DNA of 64,000 nucleotides. Source: Dictyostelium discoideum. Lineage: Eukaryota. Below are positions 13,539 through 32,024 of the stretch, piece by piece. Location of the stretch: the NCBI GenBank assembly GCA_000004695.1, contig CM000154.2:4960001-5024000 (forward strand), in the 5' to 3' direction. Below the pieces are notes generated by a model. It saw only the letters and a list, made by a program, of their open reading frames with translations, ran no database searches and had not been told where the DNA came from. A program made the position numbers and the translations under genes. Within the stretch, counting starts at the first letter, position 1; each line of letters opens with the position of its first letter.

Positions 13539-14132
13539 ATGTCAGATAATCACGAAGAAGAATCAAACGTACCAGCCTACGTCCCAGGTAAACACGTTTC
13601 AGTCGATCAATTAAAACAACAAGATGCTGAAGATGAAGCATTAAAACGTTATAAAGAATCACTTTTGGGTACTGGTGTTCATGCCCCAAAGGATGACCCA
13701 AGAAAATTGGTTATCAAAGAAATGAAAATCCAAATCGAAGGTAGACCAGATACTATTTATCCACTCGACACAAAAGAATTAATTAAAGAAATGAAAACCA
13801 AGCCATTCGTTCTCAAGGAATCATGTCACTACAAGATCACCTTAACTTTTAACATTCAACACGATATCGTTTCTGGTCTCAAACAAACCAACACTGTCTA
13901 CAGAAAAGGTATCAAAGTTTCAACTGAAAAACACATGCTTGGTTCATTTGCCCCACAAGCTCTTGCTCACTCTGTCACCAACCCAAGACATGGTTGGGAA
14001 GAAGCTCCATCAGGTATGTTAGCTCGTGGTAGTTACACCGCCAAAGTCGTTTTCACTGATGATGATAACGAAGAACATTTATCAGTTGAATATGCTTTCT
14101 CAATTAAATCTGACTGGAAGAGTGATGATTAA
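13539..14132 (+). CDS. rdiA: Rho GDP-dissociation inhibitor (RhoGDI), 197 aa, single exon
   Basis: A continuous ORF from ATG to TAA. Strong similarity to RhoGDI along the whole length, including ALKRYKESLLG, KPFVLKE(S/G), ITLTFNIQHDIVSGLK, TVYRKGIKV, EEAPSGMLARGSY and FTDDD...EYAFSIK.DWK. The length matches Dictyostelium RdiA. Confidence 0.85.
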   Translation: MSDNHEEESNVPAYVPGKHVSVDQLKQQDAEDEALKRYKESLLGTGVHAPKDDPRKLVIKEMKIQIEGRPDTIYPLDTKELIKEMKTKPFVLKESCHYKITLTFNIQHDIVSGLKQTNTVYRKGIKVSTEKHMLGSFAPQALAHSVTNPRHGWEEAPSGMLARGSYTAKVVFTDDDNEEHLSVEYAFSIKSDWKSDD

Positions 14133-14209
14133 ATTATTAGTGTTAATATACTTTTAAAAATTTAAATAATAACCAGGAAAATTTTCTAAATCAAAAAAAA
14201 AAAAATATT

Positions 14210-14253
<44 letters not shown>

Positions 14254-14991
14254 CGGTTTTTTTTTTTTTATAATATAAAACCAATAATAAAATAAATATC
14301 TAGATTTGTATCCTTATTGATGAAATTTTAATTTTTTTTTTTTCCTAATCAATTTTCTAATTAGTATTTGGAAATTTCAATTTTATTTTTTAAATTTAAT
14401 TTCCAAAAATTAAAGAGAAATTGTAAATTGGAGTTCAGACAATTATTAGCAGTTGGTATTAATTTATTATTAATATCATTGACTATTATTTAATTATTTT
14501 TATTTTCACCTATTTTTATTTTCACCAAAGCCAAAAAAAAATAAAAAAAAATAAAATAAAATAATTTAAATAAAAAAAAAGAAAAAAAAAAAAAATATGG
14601 AAAATTATTTTTTTTAAATTGGAAGGTTTAAAATTATATTATATTTTGGTCATTGGGATTTGTTTTGTTTCAAAACCATATTAAAAATATTTTTCTTTTT
14701 GTTTAATTTTTATTTTGTATCTCCTGTGTAAAAAAATGGGGTGTTTATTTTTTTTTTTTTGCAAATATTTTTGGATTGTTTCTTAAAACAACAAAATTTT
14801 TATTTTTATTTTTTTCACATTAAAAATAAATAAAATTAAATTGTTGTTATTTTTACAAAAATATTGATAATAATGTCCTAATACTTTTTTTTTTTTTTTT
14901 TTTTAATTTATGGTTTACAATACAAATTAATATTTGTTTAATTTTTATTTTTAATAGAGAAATTATCAAATACAATTATAAAAAGTTTAAT

Positions 14992-16066
<1,075 letters not shown>

Positions 16067-16243
16067 TTTTGAAATAGTTTTACAATTAAATAAATAAATA
16101 AACAATTAAATAAAGTTTGAGTTGATTTGATAATAAAATTAAAAAAAATTGGAAATTTGTCAAATTTATACTCTGATTAATATTTTTTTTTTTTTTTTAT
16201 TTTTTAAATTTGGATTAAATTAGATATCTACTACGCCCGAAAA

Positions 16244-16290
<47 letters not shown>

Positions 16291-17010
16291 AAAAAATACT
16301 TTTTCTGAAATCATAAAGTGTGAATTCCTGAGGCTTGATTATTTCACACCATGTTTAGATAATAATTTTGTTTAAAATGGTTGTTTATTTTAAAATTTTT
16401 TAAAAAAGTCTTATTATTTGGTTAAACATAAAAAAAATTATTTGAAAATGTATTAATTCTAACCCTAAAAATTTAAATAAATTTCAGGAGTGTTCACCAG
16501 GTGGAGTGAATTTGTAGAAAAGTGATTAAAAAAATAAATAAAAAAAAAAAAAATAAAAAAAAAAAATCAATGATGATTAATAACAACACTAAGAACAATT
16601 TTAAAATCATATCAATGTCAAACTTTCAAAGGATTTATAATTATATTAATAGCTTTTTATTATATTTTTAAACAGTTGAACATTATCATAAATTTAAGTT
16701 GGTTTTTTTTTTTTTTTTTAAATAATAATTATTAATTATCCGTTTCGGTTTTTTAAAATTAAAATTAATAAATAAAAAATTAAAAACAATTAATTCAAAA
16801 ATTCAGAGGTTTGGAAATATTCTTTGGTAAAAACTTTCATAAAAAAAAAAAAAAAAAAAAAAAGGTATTATTAATTGATTTAATTTATTATATTTAATTT
16901 ATAATTTATTATATTTAATTTATAATTTATTTAAATAATAAATAATAGTTTAATTTTTTAATTTTTTAATTTTTTAATTTTTTAATATTTTTTTAATTTA
17001 TTATGTGTTT

Positions 17011-18032
17011 TTAAGAAGTACCAGTTTTTGATAATTTTGATAAAACCTCGGCATCAGTTAATAAATTTTCTAATTGCATAAAGTAATGAGGTATAATATT
17101 ATTATTTGATTCTAACATGTGAATTAATAATTTTTCATTCTTCCAATTTGGATGATCAGCTTGTAATGCTCTAACATCATTTTTAATATCTCTATACATT
17201 TTATAAGGATAATGATGAAGTTGATGAAATAATTGAGCACGTTTAAAACAAAATGAACCCAATTCATATTGAATTTCATCAGGTTCATCTTTTGATGTAC
17301 CTTTTAAACGTTTTGGATTTTCAAAATAACCATTCCAAAAATCATCGACTGAATAAGAACGACCTGATAAAAATATGATAATTGTAGCAGCATGTTTAAA
17401 TTTATTACAAGATTCACATGGACCACCAGCGACATAATTGATTTCAATCGATCTAAAGAATGGTCTATGAGTAATATCATGTAAAAATCTATCGTGCCAA
17501 AAACTACTCAATACCAATGCTTCCTTTCTTGATGCTATTAAAGTTTGAATTCTTTTTAAAGAATCTAAAAAGTATTCATCCTTTTCTTGAATTGTTTCTT
17601 TTAGAAATTCCTTATCAAGTATACAACTTATAATATATTGAACGAAAATATCAAATGAATCTCTAATTGTTTTTTTTATAGAAAATTGTTTTGATACCAT
17701 CTCTTTAACTTTATCAGGTTCTTGAGAACTAATATCTACAAATTTCTTTGGTGAAAATGGGGATGATCTCTTTGATGGCGAAAATGGTGAATGAGGCTTT
17801 TTTGATGGTGAATTTGTAGGAGAAGGAGTAGAAGGAATTTGAGAAAAAGGATATGCACTCTTTTTATTCAATTTACTTTTATTAAAATCATCATCGTAAT
17901 CATCATATGGTTCCTCATTACCATAATCTCTTTCATTGTCACTATTATAATTATTTAATATATTATTATTATTATTATTAATATCATATCTTTTATCATT
18001 ATCATTATTATTCTTATTCTTTCTTTGAGATG

Positions 18033-18123
<91 letters not shown>

Positions 18124-20576
18124 ATTATTTTCTTCTTCACTACTTGATTCACATAAATCAGAAGCATCACTATTTACAACGAAATCATTATATTCATATT
18201 CTTCTTGTTTGAAATCATCTTGATCACTTTCTTCATCATCAATGAAATAATTTGATTGATTACTAAATTGGTACAATCTTCTTGCTCTTTCTTTTCTTTC
18301 AAAATCGTTTCTAAATTTTTTACTTTCTTTTTCTTTATCTTTTATTTTTTCCATTCTTTTTTTTAGTTGATCTCTCCATCTTTTTTCCTGTTTTCTAATA
18401 TTTTTCATTGTTTCAGAAAAATCTTCATTTATTTCTTTCATCTCTTTTGGTTTGTTAGGAGTGGTTGAAGTGGTATTGGTATTAGTATTGGCATTGGTAT
18501 TGGAAGTAGTGGTGGTGGTAGTAGTTTCTCTAGGACGTGAATTGTAATCTATTCTAATCTTTTCTGATTTTTTCAATGCTTCATATAGATCATCACAATC
18601 TTTTTCTGTTATATTAATTGGTGTTGTGGGGGTGGAGGTAGTGGTTGAATATTTAGGAAGTGGGTTATAATCTATTCTAATCTTTTCATCTTTTTTCTTT
18701 ACTTCAAATAGATCAGTATCACCAATATTACTTTTTTTAAGTTTCTCAAGTAAATTATTGTCTTTATCTTTTTGAGGTTTAATTTCCTCGAAATTAAAAT
18801 CTAGTTGATCATCATCAATAATACCATAAAAATTATTATCTTTAGTATGATTATTGTTGTTTTCTGTAATAATACTTTTTGTAATAATATTATCATCATC
18901 GTCAATAATACCATAAAAACTATTATCTTGTGTATCTTTTTTGTTGCTCTCTTTAATTCCTGTAATATTACTTTTTGTAATATTATCATCACCAATAATA
19001 CCATAAAAACTATTATCTTGAGTATCATTATCGTCACCACCTATATTTTCAAATCCACTACCATCATCTTCAGGAATTGATGAACTTGGAATTGGTTCTT
19101 TCCAACCCAATACAATAATATTATTGTTATTATCATCATTATCGATATCATCATCATCATTATCATTATCATTATCATTATCATCATCACTATTTTCAAT
19201 ATCTTTTAATTTTTTTAATCTTGATTTAGTTGGTAATTTTTCTTGTTTACTTTGTTTTTCTTTTAATAGTTTTTGTATTGCTTTATTTGTAACGATTTGA
19301 GGATTATGGGTACTTATTAAATCATTTTCAATTGCTTGAGTACTGCTTTCACTTAACATTTTTAATCTTTTTAAAATTTTAAGTTTCTCTTCTTGAGTTT
19401 CTGTATCAACTTGATCATTATCATCTTTTTTATCATATTTATCATGAGGATGATGATGGTGATGCTCATTATCATCATCATCGTCATCAAAGGCATTATT
19501 GGTGTTTTTTCTTTTCTTTATTACTCTACAAGGTGAAATGAGGTCATTTATTTCTTGATATCTTTCATTATCTTTATCTTTATCTTTATCTTTATCTTTA
19601 TCAATATCTTTATCAATATCTTTATCTTTATCAATATCTTTATCAATATCTTTATCTTTATCAATATCAATATCACTATCAATACCATCATCTCTATCAT
19701 CATCTTCATCACCATACTTATTATATTTTGTTGTTGTTACTATTAATTTATTTGTTTTTGGTGATTCTTTAATTTTTACTTTATTTTTTTTATTATTATT
19801 ATTAAAATCACTATCATCATTGCTAATACTATAACCACCACTATCATCACTATCATTAACATTACCATTATCATTATCAATTTCATCTTTAATTTCATAT
19901 AATAATCTATTTTTTGCTTTAAAATTTAATAATAAATCTGAATAAGAATCTAAACAATAAAATAAATTACCATGATATATTGGTCTATCTAAATAACTTG
20001 AAAATGGTAAAACTGTACAATAAACCATTTTTTTAATTTCATTTAAATTCATTATCACTGAATCTACACTTGGAATTAACTCTTTTGAACCATGAATTTC
20101 TAATCTACCACCATCAACCTCTTCTGGTCTATAAATTTTAATTAATTCAATAAATAATCCACCATTAAATTTATCTTTAAAAAATGATGATATTTTATAA
20201 ATTGATGGTATTTTTATTCTTTTTTTTTTTTTTTTTTAAAATAAATAAATAAATAAATAATGAATTTTTTTTTAAAAAAAAAAAAGATTTAATAATTTGG
20301 TTATTTTATTTTATTTTATTTTATTTTATTTTATTTTATTTTATTTTATTTTATTTTATTTTATTTTATTTTATTTTAAAATTACTTTTTATTTTGACTT
20401 TTAAAATCAAATAATTTTATTGTTAAATCTAAAAATAAATCTATACCTTCAAATAATAAACCACCATAAAATTCATAATCTCCAACTACTTTAATAGGTT
20501 TTCCTAACCATTGAGTTTCATTTTTATAAGAATTTATTGGTTCACCATCAAAATCATACTCTATTTTACTACCCAT
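17011..20576 (-). CDS. large low-complexity protein (about 1132 aa) with a conserved Cys-containing C-terminal domain, 2 exons
   Basis: Exon 1 is 20576..20386 (MGSKIEYDFDGEPINSYKNETQWLGKPIKVVGDYEFYGG…SQNK+AA) with donor GTAATT. The intron contains (TTTTA)x19. The acceptor is aaaag and exon 2 is 20218..17011 (3208 nt, frame-consistent). The body holds DKDI/DKDK repeats, poly-Asn (about 30 residues) and acidic runs. The globular C-terminus (…VAGGPCESCNKFKHAATIIIFLSGRSYSVDDFWNGYFENPKRL…) resembles the DUF4211/CCDC82-type domain; this is unverified. The start is uncertain: the alternative is ATG at 20052. Confidence 0.55.
20283..20376. repeat. (TTTTA)n about 19 units inside the intron of the 17011..20576 gene
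   Basis: Direct reading: ttattttattttattttatt…. Confidence 0.9.
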
Positions 20577-20831
20577 TTATTTTATTTTTTTTTATTTCTA
20601 TTTTTATTTTATTACAAATAATTTAAAAGTAATTTTTTTTTTTTTTACTAAAAATTTAATTTAAAATAATAAAATTTAAAAAAAAAAAAAAAAAAGTAAT
20701 TTGATGTTCGTGGTGTTTTTTTTTTTTATTTTTTTCATTTTTTATTATTTTTTTTTAAGATTTATTAATAATTTTTAAACATTGTGTGGGTATTTGGGGC
20801 ATGTGTTTGTATGAGTTAATGTATATATATT

Positions 20832-26090
<5,259 letters not shown>

Positions 26091-26944
26091 TTCATTTGGT
26101 TTGTTTAATGTAGTTTGTTTTAGTAGATTTCCAATTGATAAAACTTTTGTCCAACCTACTGATTTAATAATTTGACTACTATCGTTCTCTGATAAACTTA
26201 ATAAAAAGTTATTTCCTATACTATTATCTGTTACTAAAATTTGATTTTTTAATTGTTGAATAGTGGTATCATTCTTTATATTTAATGATATCGTTTTTTC
26301 ACTATTCGGATATTTTATCTTTTTTTTTTATTTTTATTTTATTTTTTTATTTTTTTTTTGTAATAATAAATAAAATAAATATTAGTAAAAATTTGTAAAA
26401 TTGGCGTTTTTAAAAATTGATGAAAAATTTTTAATTTTTAATACACATACAATACATGTATAATTATCCATTATGGATAATATGTGTTGAAGGTTGCTTT
26501 GGCAATGGTTTAAAAAAAAAAAACAAAAAAAAAAATTTCAAAAGGAGATTTTTTTTTTTTATTTTTTTTTTTAAATTAAATTTTTTTTTTTTTTTTTTTT
26601 TTTTTAAAATTAATTTAATTAAAAAACTAAAAATATTTTTAAATTTTCAAGTCCACATGTAACCTTTTTTATTTAATTTGAAAAAAAAAAAAAAAAAAAA
26701 ATATCATAACTCTGCCAGCAGTGAGATTTAAGTAATTAAACAATTAAAATAAAAAATAAAAAATAAAAATAAAATGAAATTTAAAAAAAAAAACAGTTTG
26801 GTGGTAAAATGAAATTAAAATAAAAAAAAATAAAAAAAATATATTTTAAAAAAAAGGTGGTAAAAAAAAAAAAAAAAAAAAAAAATAATAATAATAAAAT
26901 ATAAAAATAAATTCATCTCTACTCGAATGTAGGATATAGATTTA

Positions 26945-29900
26945 ATGATGATAAAACTTAAAACTATAATTCTCATTTTATTTTTATTTTTTTCTATTTT
27001 TATTAAAACATCTTTTACCCAGAGCCCTTTCGAAAGTAATTATTAAATAATAAATAAATAAATCAAAAAAATAAAAAAAAAAGTAAATAATAATCAAAGT
27101 ACACCTCTAACCATTGATATTATTATGTATTGTTTATTTTAAAATAATATCTTTTTTTTTTTTTTTTATAGTATATTGGGTAAGTCCTACTAAAGGTGTT
27201 GAAAGTATGGGATGTGGATTGGTTAAAGAATTTCCATGTAAAGATATTGGTTCTATAATTGATAAAATAACACCAAATGTATCAACGATTATTAATTTAA
27301 TGGAAGGTGTTTATAGAGGTAATTTTAGTTATTTAATGACAAATTTCGTTATATTATTTAAAGGTGAGGGTAGAGATAAAACAATAATAGATTTAGAAGG
27401 TAGACAAAGATTTACACTTTGTACAATTAGTGATATTCATTTCAAAGATCTTACAATTAAAAATGGTTTTGGTAATGCAATATCTGGAATTTTTGATGGT
27501 GGTGCTATCTATGCATACGATAGTCAAATTCATTTTGTAAACGTTGCATTAATCGATAACACTTGTAGTGCATCAGGTGGTGGTATATTTCTATACAATT
27601 GTATGTATTTTTAAAAAATATTATCATTATTAAATAGTTTATTAATTATAATGTATTAATAATTTGTTTGTTTGTTTTAAAAAAAAAGGTTATTTTAATG
27701 TTGAGCATAGTTTATTTCAAAATAATACAGCAAATAGTGGAGGTGGATTTATATTATTATTATCAGCTTCAAATATTACAAATTCAAGTTTTTTACATAA
27801 TAGAGTATTTCAAGAAGGTAAAGGTGGTGCAATTCAAGTTTTCATTTCATTTATGAGTATTGAACTTTCACTATTTGCTTATAATATTGCACCATATAGT
27901 GGTGCTATTGATATGGGTATGCTATAGGGATTATTATTATATTTAATATAAACATGTTTATTAATATGTATCTTTCTCTTTTTTTATTATTATTATTGTT
28001 AGTTGGTGGAAATTTAACATCAAAATATTCAAAATTTATAGAAAATCATTCAAATATTGGTGGTGGATTTGGACTTTATTTTATATCAAATGTAATATTT
28101 GAAAGTTGTGAATTCATTGGAAATAGAGCAAATAGTACAGGTGGATTATCATTTTTAACAGCTCAATCAATGTTAAGATTTTCATTATGTATTTTTAAAG
28201 ATAACTTTGCACCAAATTGTGGAATCGTTGAATCACATTCAATATCACCACTATTATTTGAATCATGTTCATTCACTGGTGATGTTCCAACAGCTGTTCA
28301 AATTGCACTATATGATAATTATTGTTTTTTAAAAGTTCAAAATTGTCATTTCTCTGAAATTCAAGGTGTTTTAATGTATGCTGATTCAATTTCAAATATT
28401 ATAATTGATTCTTCTTCATTTACAAGTAAATATTATTTTTATTATTAAAATTAATTATAAAAAACAATATATATATACATGTACTAATAATAATAATAAT
28501 AATAAATAAAAAGATGTTTCAAATAGAATTATTGATGTTGGTAATGAAGCAGATATATTAATTATATCAAGTACATTTTATAATATAACAATTGATGAAT
28601 ATTTAGTATCATTATCAAATGGTAATTTTTTAGCATATAATATGGATTTTAATAATAATATTGTATTGGCATTAATTAAATCAAGTGTTGGTGGATCGGT
28701 AACCATCGTTTCAAGTAGTATGTCAAATAATTATGTTTCAACAAGTTTAATTTCATTAAGTAATGGATATAGTGTTTATATTGAAAATTGTGAAGTTAAA
28801 AATAATACTGGCCTATTTAAAGGTTGTTTCATTGATACAGATCATACAGGTTCAGAAACGATAGTACAATCATTGTTTGAGAATAATAGATCACCATTTG
28901 GTCCAATTTTATATTTTTCAAATCCTGAAACCATGCTATCAACAAATTATTCATCAAATTTTAGAGATATTTTATTTTCAAATAATTTCGCAGCCTATTC
29001 TGGTGCATTGGTTTATTTTAGTCAAAATGTGTCATTACCAAATATAAGTTGTACAAATTGTATTTATGATAATAATACTGCAGTATTTGGTGAGTTGGTT
29101 AATAGTGCTTTCTACTCATTCAATGTTTCGATTACACCAGTGATTTACCCATTTCAAGATTTAATAATTGAAATATTTGCATTGGATTTCTTTGGTAATT
29201 TAGTTAGAGGTACTTCTGATTTAGGTTTTTTTGCAATTCCTTGTTCCGATGCTTATGTTGAAGGTAATTTATTTGCTGTATTAAATGAAAATGGTTCTGC
29301 AATATTTTCAAATATTAAATTATCTTCAAATCCAAATTCAATTTGTAATTTAACTTTTCTATCTGTACCAATTGTTTCTGAAAGTAAGTTATTTTATTTA
29401 TATAAATTAAAAAATAATAATAATAATATATCAATAATAATATACTAATATATATATATATTATAGATGGACCAATAACAATACCAATTACATTTTCTTA
29501 TTGTTCACAAGATAGAGAATTAGTTATGATTAAATCAATTTATTATTGTTTAAAAACTATTAAAGTAACATCATTTGTAAAATTTTTAGTTGGAACATTA
29601 GCAGCGATTCTATTGATAATTTTAATAATTTCAGGATTTATATCATTAAAATATAGGAAAAAAAGAGTTATTAGATATTCAAATCCATTATTTTTATGTA
29701 TTATTTTAGTTGGTTGTATTATATTTTTAATTACTATTCCAGTATTATTTGGATCAACTTCTGCAACTTGTAAAATTAGATTTCCAATCATTGTTATTGG
29801 TAGTTGTTTAGTAACTTCATCAGTATTTATTAAACAATTTAGAATTTGGAGATTAATTAAAGATATACAATTATTAAGAGAAACTAATGTTGAAAATAAA

Positions 29901-31639
29901 TATTTATTAAAATTTATTTCAATATTAATGGTTATACCAATTGTAAGTTATTTTATTTAAAACAATATTTATAATATTAATAATATTAATAATAATTAAA
30001 ATTAGATTATTGTAATTTGTAGTTTCTTTATATTTCCTACACATGAAAAGTATACATTTAATCAAAGAGATATAACTATAACACACTATTGTTCAGATGG
30101 ATCTTATTTAGCTTATGTTATTATATTCTTAGTTTATCAAGTAAGTTCAATATATTTTTAAAAAAAAGAAATACATATCAAATATTAATTATTATTTTTT
30201 TTTTTTTGAAAATTTAATAGATGGCTATTTTACTTTTTGGTTGTTATTTAGTTATAGTTTGTAGAAAATTTAGATCAATTCCTGGTACTTTTAATGAAGC
30301 AACCTATATTGGTATTTTAGTAAGTAACAATAATAACCAAAAAAAAAAAAAAAAAAAAATTAATTATTTTATTTCTAATCAAATAAAAAAAAAAAAGATT
30401 TATAACTATACAGTTGTTTTAATTGTTGCTATACCATTGGCATATGTATTTAATAAGAATCCATTAGCAAATTTTTTAATATTTTCAATATCAATTATAG
30501 TATTTGTTTTAAGTACTATAATTTTATTATTTATACCGAAATTTCATTTCTTATTAAGAAAGAAAGTAATTATATCATCACTTGAAAAACTAATTAAAGA
30601 ACAAGAAGCAATTGTACAAAGAAATAAAGATATTCTTTATTTTTATGATATGTATTTAGCTGAAGAAAGAACTGGTATTCAACAACAACAACGACAAGGA
30701 AATTTATATAATAATAATAGCCTTGGTAGAAGTATTTCAAGTAACACTAGAAAAAGGTCAAATAATAATATTAATAATAATAATAATAATAACAGTTTCA
30801 ATATGACGGGTTTTTCAGATTCCAGTTCAACAATTTCTAATCCAAATTTAACATCATTTACTTCATCCCCCTCTTCATTGAATAGTAGTAGTGATTCAGA
30901 TTCAACACCTGATTTTAATGATCCAAATTTTTTGGAATATTATAATGAAAGAGTCAAAAATTATGGAAAAAGAAAATCAATTGAAAAAAATAAAATTAAT
31001 AATAGTATTCCAAATTCACCAAAATCAACAACATCATTGCCAACATCATTACCATCATCTTCTTCTTCTTCTTCTTCTTCTTCTTCTTCTTCTTCTTCTT
31101 CTTCTTCTTCTTCTTCTTCATCATCATCAATCACGCCAAAATCAAATACACCAATACTATCTCCATCTTCTCAATCATCAAAAACAATTAATAAAGGTGG
31201 TAGTGGTAGTGGTAATAGTAGTAGTATTCCAAATTATCAAAATATAAAATCACCAAATACTCCAAAGAGTAATAAATCTTCACCAAATTTATCAATTCCA
31301 GTAAATAAAAATAGTAAAGTTAGTAAATTATCAAGCAATCAAATATCATCACCAAAATCAATTAAATCTGATAAATCACCAATTACAATTAAAGATTTTG
31401 ATAATTCAAGTGATTTAAGTGATTCAAGTAATAGTTTAAAGAGTGATAGTAGCATAGGTTCAGAACAATTCAATGAAAAGGTCATAAATAGAATATTTAA
31501 TATACATCAAGATAAAAAAGTTAAAACAACAAAACAACAATCTGATAGTACTTTATCAAGTATTGGTAGTGATAGTTCTCCAAATTTTAATGAAAATATT
31601 AATAATCCAAATATTAATCCAAATAATAATAATAATCCA

Positions 31640-31697
<58 letters not shown>

Positions 31698-31939
31698 TTA
31701 ATAATAATAATAATAATGCAAATAATAATAATAGTGACACTGATGATTCATCACCAAATTTTAATGAAAATATTGAAAAAAAGAATGTTGTTAAAACAAA
31801 AACAAACTTTTTAAATCAATTTCATCAAAAGAAACAAAAAGATAGTGATAATAGAAAAAATTATAATATATCACCAATTAATATTTCTGATGAAAAGGTA
31901 CCACCATTATCTCCAATTAATTTATCAAAAAGAAAATAA
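26945..31939 (+). CDS. family C (GABAB/metabotropic-glutamate-like) 7TM receptor with N-terminal Pmp-type parallel beta-helix ectodomain and Ser/Asn-rich cytoplasmic tail, 9 exons
   Basis: The exon chain was built by phase: 26945..27035 (signal peptide MMIKLKTIILILFLFFSIFIKTSFTQSPFE), 27172..27600, 27689..27916, 28003..28425, 28514..29383, 29467..29942, 30006..30140, 30221..30319 and 30398..31939. All donors are GTAAGT/GTATGT/GTAAAT-type and all acceptors are AG after T-rich tracts; the phases are consistent. The ectodomain carries repeated GGA[IV]/GGGF and FxxN motifs (GGAIYAYDS…FVNV, GGGFILL…, GGAIQVF…FAYN, NIGGGFGLYFISNVIFESCEF). Seven TM helices follow, with family-C signatures (FNEATYIG in TM6, PKFHFLL in TM7). 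Confidence 0.8.
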
Positions 31940-32024
31940 AGAAATATTATTATTTATTTATTTATAATTTTATAATTTATTTACTTTTTTTTTTTTTTTT
32001 TTATTTTATTTTTTTTTTTTTTAT

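Noticed and set aside
26456-26662. Plus-strand 68-aa ORF MYNYPLWIICVEGCFGNGLKKK…
   Set aside because: After 20 residues it degenerates into poly-K/poly-F from A/T homopolymers. It sits in the PI3K/GPCR intergenic region, and the same DNA may instead host the minus-strand PI3K micro-exon.
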